A DNA stretch of 47,883 nucleotides. It comes from Nitrospirota bacterium (lineage in GTDB: Bacteria > Nitrospirota > Thermodesulfovibrionia > UBA6902 > BMS3Bbin08). A program made the position numbers and the translations under genes. A model generated the notes under the pieces. That model did no database searches. It was not told where the DNA came from and worked only from the letters and a program-made list of their open reading frames with translations. This document shows, in pieces, positions 36,143 to 43,875 of the stretch (position 1 is the first letter of the stretch; every line of letters begins with the position of its first letter). The DNA lies in assembly GCA_016208845.1 (NCBI GenBank), contig JACQXH010000078.1, forward strand, positions 14,605 through 62,487. Direction: 5' to 3'.

Positions 36143-37627
36143 TCAGGATGTTGAAGTCGTACTAAGTTGAACGCGGTTATGTCCGGTCCCGCTTACGAAT
36201 AAACCGGCGCTTGTTGAATCACTGTAATTCGTGCCTGCGATGCCTGCAATTTCCAGTTTGGCGGCCGGACTCGTTGTCCCGATCCCAACATTGCCTGAAC
36301 CGTTCTGAGACACCGGCCAGCTTGAGCGGCAGTCTGTCCCTATACAAAGCGCATTTCCTTTAATATTGCCTGCAACATCCAACCTTTGACCCGGAGTTAT
36401 CGTCCCGATGCCTACATTGCCATTATTCAATATAGACATTCTTTCTGAGGATGTATTGAAAAATCCCATGCGGCCGTTTTCATTTGATACGAACATAATA
36501 TTTCCATTTGTTGTCATTTTTATGCCGTTTGAAGTGGTTGCCGGCCCGCCCTCAATATGCGCGAATGTGTTAGAAGTCCCGTATAAGTGCAGTTTCTCAT
36601 TAGGACTTGTTGTCCCGATGCCGACATTGCCATTTGCTTGTATAACCATTCTTCTTGTTAACGCGGTATCTGTTACAAGCGACTTTGTCGCGAGGTATAT
36701 ATCTCCTGAAATCTGATTTGCCAAACCTGTTGCCTTAACATCAGTTCCTATCGCGGCATATCTTCCGGAACCTACATCCTGCATTCCAAAAACGATCTCA
36801 CTCCCATCATTGACGCTCTGAATTGAACCTAATTGCATATAAAGCCGCTGGTCTTTATTCCCTGCTGTTGATTTTGATGATGTTCCATTTGTATACAAAT
36901 TTAAAATTGCGAAAGGATTAGACGTTCCGATGCCGACATTGCCTTTGCCGTCAATCCTAACGCGTTCCGGAAAACTATTATCACCGTTTCTAGTATTGAA
37001 TGCTAAGCCTGCGCTTTCAGAATTGGCCGTAGCATTTTCAACCACGACCCGCAATTGAGCCCAGTCACGGGAAATCCCGCTTGCATTGGGGGCAAGAAAA
37101 GTTAATTTCCCCATTTCACTTCCGGGGGAAACATTGTTTATCCGTGTGAGACGGAGGTCTGCGTTACTATTAGTGCCTGAGATCTCAATCATTGAGCTTG
37201 GATTAGCCGTGCCCATACCGACTTTTGTATTTACATCATCAGGGCCTTGTAAAGCAGAACCAGCTGAGAGATATATCTTGTCCGCCCATATATCCATCTC
37301 ATCCCTTGAAAAGAGTTTTAATGTCCCTCCGACAGGGCTACTGATATTTTGTTGCAGGCTACCTCCAAATATTAAACTACCCATAAAATTGGCGCCCATT
37401 GGCAATGTGGGTGTCCCAAATCTAAACCATCCATTATTAGTATCTGCCAGTATTTCTGCCTGTCCATAACCGGTCTTGAATACGATCTTCTCTTCCTGCC
37501 CCAGGCCAACCCCATCGCCTATGTAAAGTATGTCATTTTCCGCAAAGGCAATAGTCCCGGTCACAAGTAAAAATACTGAAATTACAAAACACAACATTAC
37601 ATATGCTGCTGTTTTTTTTGCTTTCAT
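36143..37627 (-). CDS. Tail-fibre-like protein copy 2, N-terminal part with signal peptide
   Basis: The first ~130 aa are nearly identical to copy 1 (MKAKKTAAYVMLCFVISVFLLVTGTIAFAENDILYIGDG...). GIGT-P-KL repeats follow. It ends at TGA 36143-36145, in frame with ORF 35219..36136. Confidence 0.8.
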   Translation of the reverse strand: MKAKKTAAYVMLCFVISVFLLVTGTIAFAENDILYIGDGVGLGQEEKIVFKTGYGQAEILADTNNGWFRFGTPTLPMGANFMGSLIFGGSLQQNISSPVGGTLKLFSRDEMDIWADKIYLSAGSALQGPDDVNTKVGMGTANPSSMIEISGTNSNADLRLTRINNVSPGSEMGKLTFLAPNASGISRDWAQLRVVVENATANSESAGLAFNTRNGDNSFPERVRIDGKGNVGIGTSNPFAILNLYTNGTSSKSTAGNKDQRLYMQLGSIQSVNDGSEIVFGMQDVGSGRYAAIGTDVKATGLANQISGDIYLATKSLVTDTALTRRMVIQANGNVGIGTTSPNEKLHLYGTSNTFAHIEGGPATTSNGIKMTTNGNIMFVSNENGRMGFFNTSSERMSILNNGNVGIGTITPGQRLDVAGNIKGNALCIGTDCRSSWPVSQNGSGNVGIGTTSPAAKLEIAGIAGTNYSDSTSAGLFVSGTGHNRVQLSTTSTS

Positions 37628-37673
37628 TCTGCTTTCCTCCTTTAAAATGGTTAAATTTATTTTCTAAAAACAT

Positions 37674-40600
37674 TTAAGGTGCGCTTATCACCACACTCCG
37701 CAATTGCTGCAAGTGAGCTGCTTTTATAATGGTAATCCCCGGCTGGATGGGTTTATCTGTCCATGTCTGGGCGCCTATAGCCTGATCGATCGCAGTGCGT
37801 AGTTCATTTATGTGCACAGCTTTTACCGGGTTGTTCAGCAGTATCGGATCCGCGTCTGCCCAGGTGTACGGCTGAAATCCTTTTCTTTTTCTTAAGCTAT
37901 TGACTGCGCCTCTCAGCTCTGTAATATGTATTGCTTTGATCACAGTTGAATATTGTGTTATTGTGTTATCAGTCCAGACCTTTGATATATCAAGGGGATA
38001 AATGTCTATGCCGTCCATAGCCCCATCGCCGTCAGAATCTTTTATTGAAGGATTTGTGCCTTTCAGATACTCCTGAAGATTGGTCAGCCCGTCCCCATCA
38101 ATATCGTCATTAGGATTTAGTCCGCTTGTACCCCCATATGTGTCCTCAAATAGATCTGACATACCGTCATTGTCGCTGTCCGATGCGCAGCTTCTGGAAG
38201 GGTCGTACTTGCATGGATCGCACGCATCTCCTCTGCCGTCTCCGTCTATGTCTTCCTGATTTGGATTGGAAATGCCAATGCAGTTGTCATCACAATTGGT
38301 TTTGTTGCCGCCTTTGCACGGATTTTCAGCGGGAGCACCCAGACCGTCTGTATTGGGCGATATGCCGTCACTGTCAGTATCAAGGGCAAATGCAATATCA
38401 TTGGTGTCGTTATATGCAAATGTAAAACCAAATACCTCTTTCCCAAAGTTTTCAGTGGAAGGATGTGTCAAAAGGGTGTTCCTGGATCCGTTTGAAGCTA
38501 TATTCGGGAAACATATATTGTCCGGGCCAAATCCCCATTTGTTTGAAGCTATGAAAGTCTTATATCCGAAAGTTGTCCCATATCCCCAGGGATCATATAC
38601 AGGGATTCCTATGGGAATGCCTGATGGAGTGACAAGCAGGGCCCATGCTTCATTCCATGTGTTTCCGCTCATGTTTTCCCAGTGAATTATAAAGTTCTCG
38701 CCGTCAAAAGCTGCCACAGGCGTAACGTCGCTATGAATAAAGATAGGGGAACCGGTGGATACGCCGGAAGCGTCAAAGAATTCTATATATCCGACGCCCT
38801 GCCTTTTATAAACGACAAGGTATCCGTTGTTTCCATATACGACTCCATATGCGCCGCCTATGCCGGGCGATATAATCGAGAGAGTAGAACTGCCTAAAGT
38901 AACAATTTGCCCGTCAAGTTCGACAAGCCTGCCGAACAAGCCGTTTCCAAGCCATGAAACCAGGAACCTGTCATTTATGTTGTCATAAGCCGTTGAGTAC
39001 ACCCTGGTGCAGGCCCCATTTCCGGATATGGCAAATTCATTGCCGACCTTATTGCCGTTTATATCTGTAAACAGTCCATAGGTAACTGCCTGACCGCTTA
39101 TATCCCGCGCCCATGAAATAAGGAATTCATCATTGCCGCCTGTTACGTTTATTGGAATGCCGTATGCAGTGGGGCTGTTTACGCAGCCATAATAAAAATT
39201 CGGGTTGAGCAGGATCTTCTCTGCCGATACAGCGCCTGTCTGCTCATCAATGGTCCTTGCGGCAAGCTGAGAATATGTCGAGACACCCGGGGTGCAGGAT
39301 GCCGTACTGCACCTTTCATATACAACAAGGAATTTGCCGCTGCTATAAGAAATTCCGATATTGCTATGACCCTTAGTCCCTGCAAATACCGGGGCATATG
39401 ACCAATAATTGTCATTGAGAATATTAGTTACAGCGATCAGGAAGTTACTTCCTGTGAACTGTCCTGTGCTTTTATCTATAAACCTTCCGTATATCTCCCT
39501 TGAACCGTCATTGTCTTTATCAGCATCCCAAATTGCCATATATTTATTGGCGCCGGCAGCAGGGCGGTTAAAGTTCCCGTTCTTGGAAAAATCATTTGTG
39601 ATAGGGATATTAATGTCATCTGAGAAATTGCCTGAAGGCGGTATCCTTTGTATATAAATGTCTGTGCCGTCTGTTGCGCCGTCAGGGTCTTTACCTTCAA
39701 ATGGGGCGGCATTATACAAGGCCCTGCCGTCGGTCCAGGCCACAATATAGTGAGGATAATAGCTGGCAGTTGTGCTGTCGTAGTAATTTGAAAAAGCGAG
39801 CCGCGGTTTTGACAGAGAATTTGCTGCGGTTCTGTCTGAAATGCCGACGGTCTTTATGATACTCAAATTTTTGCCTGTAAAGCTACCCTTGAGATTAAGG
39901 TTATTCTCTGTCCATGCCACGAGATAATTAGTTCCATCAAAACCTGTAGTGGGATCGGCCTGATCCTGCGAACCGGATGCGATGGTTGCAGAAGCGCCCA
40001 GAGTTCCTGACTTACTTACAAGCCTTGCGATTACATCACGGTTAGTTGAAGGGCCTTCCTGCCAGGCCACCAGATAATTGGTCCCGTCAAAGCTGATCGC
40101 AGGGCCGCTCTGGTCCGGCGTGCCTGAGGCGACAGTTGCAGAAGCGCCCAGGGTCCCTGACTTGCTCACAAGCTTTGCAATTACATCCCGGTTAGTCGAA
40201 GGGCCTTCCTGCCAGGCCACCAGATAATTGGTCCCGTCAAAGCTGATCGCAGGGCTGGTCTGGTCCAGTGTGCCTGAGGCAATGGTTACAGACGTGCCTA
40301 ATGCTCCTGCCTGACTCACAAACCTTGCGATTATGTCACGGTTAGTTGCAGGTCCCTGCTGCCAGGCCACCAGATAATTGGTGCCGTCAAAGCTAACGGC
40401 CGGACTGCTCTTTTCAATAGTATTTGATGTGCTGTTTATGCGGACTGCCGTGCCTTTTACAATGTCAACGAAATAAAAAGAAGCCTGGAGCTGAGTTATT
40501 TTATCCCAGGTTTTTCCATAATATGCCTCATTGCGTCTCACACAATCATTTACATCTTCAACATCGATCTTGCTGCTTCCCACCTGGCATTTTTTTGTAA

Positions 40601-40805
40601 ACGATATCACTTGACCGTATATATCATAATAGCCGGTTGAAGACGTATATTCCTTCCAGGCGACCAGGTATTTTGTACCGTCAGTGTTTGAGGCGATTGA
40701 AGGGGCGGTTTGAGCGGCAGTCCCTGATCTCACGGGAAAATTAAAATCGCCGTAAGGACTTGCAGAATAAGTCGCCAGCAGCATGGCCCCCCAGAACATA
40801 TCCAC
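37674..40805 (-). CDS. Large repeat protein (YLVAW 50-aa repeats, TSP3 Ca-binding repeats, shared C-terminal module); no signal peptide of its own
   Basis: FDGTNYLVAWQEGPSTNRD... x3.2 and canonical NPNQEDIDGDGRGDACD thrombospondin-type-3 motifs. The C-terminal ~130 aa are close to 90% identical by eye to those of 33174..35171. The frame stays open 44 codons upstream of the ATG, up to the stop of ORF 40939..41697. Confidence 0.8.
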   Translation of the reverse strand: MDMFWGAMLLATYSASPYGDFNFPVRSGTAAQTAPSIASNTDGTKYLVAWKEYTSSTGYYDIYGQVISFTKKCQVGSSKIDVEDVNDCVRRNEAYYGKTWDKITQLQASFYFVDIVKGTAVRINSTSNTIEKSSPAVSFDGTNYLVAWQQGPATNRDIIARFVSQAGALGTSVTIASGTLDQTSPAISFDGTNYLVAWQEGPSTNRDVIAKLVSKSGTLGASATVASGTPDQSGPAISFDGTNYLVAWQEGPSTNRDVIARLVSKSGTLGASATIASGSQDQADPTTGFDGTNYLVAWTENNLNLKGSFTGKNLSIIKTVGISDRTAANSLSKPRLAFSNYYDSTTASYYPHYIVAWTDGRALYNAAPFEGKDPDGATDGTDIYIQRIPPSGNFSDDINIPITNDFSKNGNFNRPAAGANKYMAIWDADKDNDGSREIYGRFIDKSTGQFTGSNFLIAVTNILNDNYWSYAPVFAGTKGHSNIGISYSSGKFLVVYERCSTASCTPGVSTYSQLAARTIDEQTGAVSAEKILLNPNFYYGCVNSPTAYGIPINVTGGNDEFLISWARDISGQAVTYGLFTDINGNKVGNEFAISGNGACTRVYSTAYDNINDRFLVSWLGNGLFGRLVELDGQIVTLGSSTLSIISPGIGGAYGVVYGNNGYLVVYKRQGVGYIEFFDASGVSTGSPIFIHSDVTPVAAFDGENFIIHWENMSGNTWNEAWALLVTPSGIPIGIPVYDPWGYGTTFGYKTFIASNKWGFGPDNICFPNIASNGSRNTLLTHPSTENFGKEVFGFTFAYNDTNDIAFALDTDSDGISPNTDGLGAPAENPCKGGNKTNCDDNCIGISNPNQEDIDGDGRGDACDPCKYDPSRSCASDSDNDGMSDLFEDTYGGTSGLNPNDDIDGDGLTNLQEYLKGTNPSIKDSDGDGAMDGIDIYPLDISKVWTDNTITQYSTVIKAIHITELRGAVNSLRKRKGFQPYTWADADPILLNNPVKAVHINELRTAIDQAIGAQTWTDKPIQPGITIIKAAHLQQLRSVVISAP
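39912..40391. repeat. 150-nt (50-aa) tandem coding repeats, about 3.2 copies
   Basis: CCAGGCCACCAGATAATTGGTCCCGTCAAAGCT recurs at 150-nt spacing, with the protein unit FDGTNYLVAWQEGPSTNRDVIAxLVSKSGTLGASATxASGxxDQxxPAIS. Confidence 0.85.
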
Positions 40806-40938
40806 ATTTACTCTCAGTGTGCCCTCAAAGATCAGCCTTCTTGACAGGGTGCTTGCTGAAGAGGGATTGCTTGATTCATAGGAGGAAATGGCGAGTGTGT
40901 CAAAATCAAAGAACTGTCCGTATACGTCGCCATTGGAA

Positions 40939-41697
40939 TCACCCTATAAGCGTCTCGCTGCCATAAAAAGTGCTGCCGATGAAGGGGTCGATGACCACTG
41001 GATACTCTGCCTCTGACAGCCATTTGGCCGAGACCAGTATCCTTATTAAAGGCTTGTCTTTTTCAGTGGTGGAAATAGACGGCAATACCTCAAGTGTTTT
41101 GCCTGTCTTGTCTCTTGCATGGACTTTCCCGTAAGAAAAAAGCAGATTCCCCTTTGCGTCCATAAAATCTATGCCGCGATTCCGGTCCTCGCGCGTCTTA
41201 AGGTCTGTGATTATTTCACCTTCAATGATCAGGCTGCTGTCAGGGGATTCTACGCCGGATAAGTTAGCGGGCTTGCTTTCAATAAGCCAGCTCTGCTCTA
41301 TGCCGCCTTTTTTTGCCTCGTATATTTCTTTTATGTCCTTTGTGAGAATATAAATTGCGCGTTTGCCGTCTGCCAGAGGTTTCATTTCTTCGTTGCAGGC
41401 CCACAAAACATCATCATCTAATATTAAACTGCCGGGACGGTATTCAAATGAATAGTCTCCGTATGCGCTCTTCTTTATAAATTTAAAACCTTTGCCTGAT
41501 AGTTCGGCCCTGTAGGTGTTTTCTTCAAGTACGTATTTCTCATCTTCCTGCGTGAACATACCGGGTTCATAAGTAATTTTCTGAAAAGCCGCAGGGGGGG
41601 ATATTTCTCCCCCGGGTGTTCCTTCTGCCCTGACTGACATCAGTGTGCCAAACATGACCAATAGAATCGCTGCAAATAGAGCGGACAATAATTTCAT
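40939..41697 (-). CDS. Signal-peptide-bearing N-terminal domain, probably the 5' part of the 1043-aa gene (+1 frame offset)
   Basis: MKLLSALFAAILLVMFGTLMSVRAEG signal peptide. It ends ...ETLIG-TGA. Skipping the T of the TGA gives LIGDSNGDVYGQFFDFD..., continuous with ORF 37674..40805. Confidence 0.7.
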   Translation of the reverse strand: MKLLSALFAAILLVMFGTLMSVRAEGTPGGEISPPAAFQKITYEPGMFTQEDEKYVLEENTYRAELSGKGFKFIKKSAYGDYSFEYRPGSLILDDDVLWACNEEMKPLADGKRAIYILTKDIKEIYEAKKGGIEQSWLIESKPANLSGVESPDSSLIIEGEIITDLKTREDRNRGIDFMDAKGNLLFSYGKVHARDKTGKTLEVLPSISTTEKDKPLIRILVSAKWLSEAEYPVVIDPFIGSTFYGSETLIG

Positions 41698-41894
41698 AAA
41701 GCCTCCTGAGCGGTTTTATATTTGTAAAATTATGAATAAAAAATAAAATTAACGTTAATTTATTATTCTATATGCAAAATTATTGATTTTATTTAGGAAA
41801 TTAGAATGTCAATTAATATTAATATAATAAAATAATTATGTCAATAAAAATATATTTTTTTGCCTGCTAAGGGGTGAACAAGCAAGAACATATG

Positions 41895-42065
41895 GTAATT
41901 TTCCTTTTGTCATTGCGGCTTGTCCGCAATTCTTCTTAAGGAAAGTCAGTACGACTCGTTCCGGCATCCCGGACAAGTTTACCTGCCTCATAGCCTATGG
42001 CTATCAAGCGGCAGCGCTAAAGGCGACCCGGGGCGACCAGGGCCGGAATGACGGGTAAGCGGAGA
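41895..42065. repeat. Palindromic GTCATTGCGGCTTGTCCGCAAT / GGCCGGAATGAC-type repeat cluster
   Basis: TGTCATTGCGGCTTGTCCGCAATTC...CCGGCATCCCGGACAAG...GGCGACCCGGGGCGACCAGGGCCGGAATGAC. The GGCGACCAGGG word also occurs at 33145-33155. Confidence 0.6.
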
Positions 42066-42196
42066 TGTCGCTTTACTCTCAATCTTATTAGTAACGGCAA
42101 TTACATTATCATGATCACTTGCTTTTCTATGAAAAATTTTCGGTAGATTCCAGGCATTCAATAAATTTTCTAAATATTTCTATTAGAACAGAATTG

Positions 42197-42225
42197 TTGA
42201 CAAAAGGTTTTTGCTATGTTATTTT
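42197..42225 (+). promoter_or_regulatory. Putative sigma-70 promoter of the atp operon
   Basis: TTGACA (42197-42202), a 17-nt spacer, then TATTTT (42220-42225), about 57 nt upstream of ATG 42282, which is preceded by AAGGAG. Confidence 0.45.
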
Positions 42226-42281
42226 TTGTGGGAATTTTTCACAAGCCCCTTATTTTTCAATTAGATTTAAAAGGAGTTTTA

Positions 42282-42701
42282 ATGCTGGAACTCAATAAGT
42301 ATTTTTTTTGGCAGCTTATTAATTTTCTTCTTCTTCTTGCAGCGCTAAATTACATACTATTCAAACCTCTCCTGGCCCTTTTAAAAAAGCGGGATGATGA
42401 CATTAAAGGGTCATTGAACAGCGCCAGGGCAATGGAAAAGGAAAGAGAAGACCACCTGAACGCGCTCCAGGCGAAATTGATCGACGCAAGAGGCAGAGCC
42501 AAAACAGTATTTGAAGAATTGAGCAAACAGGGGGGCGCGGCTCAAAAGGAGTCTGTGGACAGGGCTCAGAAAGAGGCTGTGGAGATAAACAGGAAGTCTA
42601 AGGAAAGCTTGGAGGCAGAGGTCAAGAGAACAAAGGAATCATTAAGGGGTCAGGTTGAAGCTTTCTCTAAATTGATCATAGAAAAGATGGTAGGAGCATG
42701 A
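42282..42701 (+). CDS. atpF2: F0F1 ATP synthase subunit b-prime
   Basis: One N-terminal TM helix (FFWQLINFLLLLAALNYILFKPL) followed by a long charged coiled coil. The start is taken at ATG 42282 (AAGGAG RBS) rather than the ORF-track start 42216, which lies inside the putative promoter. Confidence 0.8.
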   Translation: MLELNKYFFWQLINFLLLLAALNYILFKPLLALLKKRDDDIKGSLNSARAMEKEREDHLNALQAKLIDARGRAKTVFEELSKQGGAAQKESVDRAQKEAVEINRKSKESLEAEVKRTKESLRGQVEAFSKLIIEKMVGA

Positions 42702-43327
42702 AGACAACTCAAAACTCAAAACTCAAAACTCAAAATTGTGGAAAAAAACATTTATTTAATAAAATGTTCCTTAATTTTGCATTTTGCTTTTTAAGTTTTG
42801 CATTTGCTGCTGCATCTTTTGCATCCGAAGGAGCGGAACATGCCGGATTTACGTGGAAAGACTGGCTCTGGCCTGTTGTTAATTTTACTGTCCTGGTCGT
42901 TGTTCTGGTGAAATTCCTGGCTAAGCCTGCAAGGGAATTTTTCCAAAAACGCACAGAGATGATAGAAAAGTCTATTAAGGATGCAGAAGAGGCAAAGGCT
43001 CTTGCCCAGAAGTCGCTGAATGAAGTGAAAGAGAGGCTAAGAGACGCTGACCGTGAGATAGGAGAGATCCTTGAGGCCGCTAAGAAATCAGGAGAAAAAG
43101 AGAAAGAGGCAATTATTGCTGAGGGCGAGGTTTTAAAGGCTAAAATCATAGAGCAGGCAAAGGCAAATATTGAATTTGAATTGCAAAAGGCAAAAGAGGC
43201 GATAAAATCAGAGGCTGCGATAATGGCGCTGGAGCTTGCGGAGAAAGAGATAAAGGCAAGGCTTGGCAAGAAAGAGCACGAGTCGCTTATTGATGAATAT
43301 ATCAAGAAACTTGAGGTAAGAAATTGA
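42698..43327 (+). CDS. atpF: F0F1 ATP synthase subunit b
   Basis: TM helix WLWPVVNFTVLVVVLVKFLAKP followed by a coiled coil. ATGA coupling to atpF2. The N-terminal ~40 codons are encoded by a repeat element. Confidence 0.8.
   Translation: MKTTQNSKLKTQNCGKKHLFNKMFLNFAFCFLSFAFAAASFASEGAEHAGFTWKDWLWPVVNFTVLVVVLVKFLAKPAREFFQKRTEMIEKSIKDAEEAKALAQKSLNEVKERLRDADREIGEILEAAKKSGEKEKEAIIAEGEVLKAKIIEQAKANIEFELQKAKEAIKSEAAIMALELAEKEIKARLGKKEHESLIDEYIKKLEVRN
42707..42807. repeat. CAAAACT-word hairpin element forming the 5' end of atpF
   Basis: ACTCAAAACTCAAAACTCAAAACTCAAAATTGTGGAAAAAAACATTTATTTAATAAAATGTTCCTTAATTTTGCATTTTGCTTTTTAAGTTTTGCATTTGC. The core AAAATTGTGGAAAAA...TTAATTTTG is shared with 8822-8920. 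Confidence 0.75.
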
Positions 43328-43860
43328 ATAAGAATCAGGTTGCCAACAGATACGGCCGGATCCTGGTAGATGCTTATGAAATAAAAGATATAAGTGCTAT
43401 CCTTGAAGGGATAAAGACCTTTTCAAAGGTTATAAGTTTAAGCAGAAAGCTTAAGCTCCTGTTCGTAAGCAGTATTTTTAAGGATGAGGAGAAAGAAAAG
43501 GCGCTCAGGGCCATGGCGTCAAACCTTAAAATGACCCCTCAAACCGAAAAATTCCTCAAGACCATCATTATGCGCGGGCACGTCCCTGCCATCAAAGAGA
43601 TAATTGCGGCATCGGTTAGCGCCTATAACGAGAAACTCAGAAAAATGTCGGCAGTCGTGATATCGCCTGTCGGCCTGGACAGGGCTTATATTGACAGGCT
43701 CAGGAGCGTGCTCAAGGCAATGACGCAAAAAGATATTGAGATTGAAAACAGGTTCGTTCCTTCCCTTTTGGGCGGATTTATAGTAAGGGTCGGCAGCACT
43801 GTATATGACAGCAGCCTCAGGGGCCAGTTCCGGCTTCTAAGGGCAGAGTTGACGAGATAA
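43324..43860 (+). CDS. atpH: F0F1 ATP synthase subunit delta (OSCP)
   Basis: Position between b and alpha, 178 aa, C-terminal LLGGFIVRVGSTVYDSSLRGQ motif, ATGA-type overlap with atpF. Confidence 0.85.
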   Translation: MNKNQVANRYGRILVDAYEIKDISAILEGIKTFSKVISLSRKLKLLFVSSIFKDEEKEKALRAMASNLKMTPQTEKFLKTIIMRGHVPAIKEIIAASVSAYNEKLRKMSAVVISPVGLDRAYIDRLRSVLKAMTQKDIEIENRFVPSLLGGFIVRVGSTVYDSSLRGQFRLLRAELTR

Positions 43861-43875
43861 ATACAACAAGTTAAT

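Noticed and set aside
36143-36145. Selenocysteine or genetic-code reassignment as an explanation for the in-frame TGA (and for the TAGs at 22464 and 26230).
   Set aside because: TGA and TAA terminate many well-conserved genes here at their expected ends. TAG terminates the fibre paralogue at 35219 exactly where copy 1 uses TAA. The residues expected at the two TAG sites differ (K/R versus W). I could not identify a SECIS-like hairpin by eye. This remains only a low-probability option.
33174-38060. A diversity-generating retroelement, with the two near-identical C-terminal cassettes (33174-33560 and 37674-38060) as template and variable repeats.
   Set aside because: The differences between the copies are a mix of transitions and transversions at all bases, not adenine-specific. 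No reverse transcriptase or accessory gene is in the window.
30674-41697. A prophage or tailocin.
   Set aside because: Only fibre-like and spike-like proteins are present, and all have Sec signal peptides. There is no capsid, portal, terminase, sheath/tube, baseplate, integrase or lysis gene, and core genes flank the island on both sides.
42730-43305. A 191-aa ORF on the minus strand, antisense to atpF.
   Set aside because: It is the low-complexity, Ser/Ala/Phe-rich mirror image of a Lys/Glu/Ala coiled-coil gene, which is a typical antisense artefact. The sense-strand atpF call is strongly supported by operon context.
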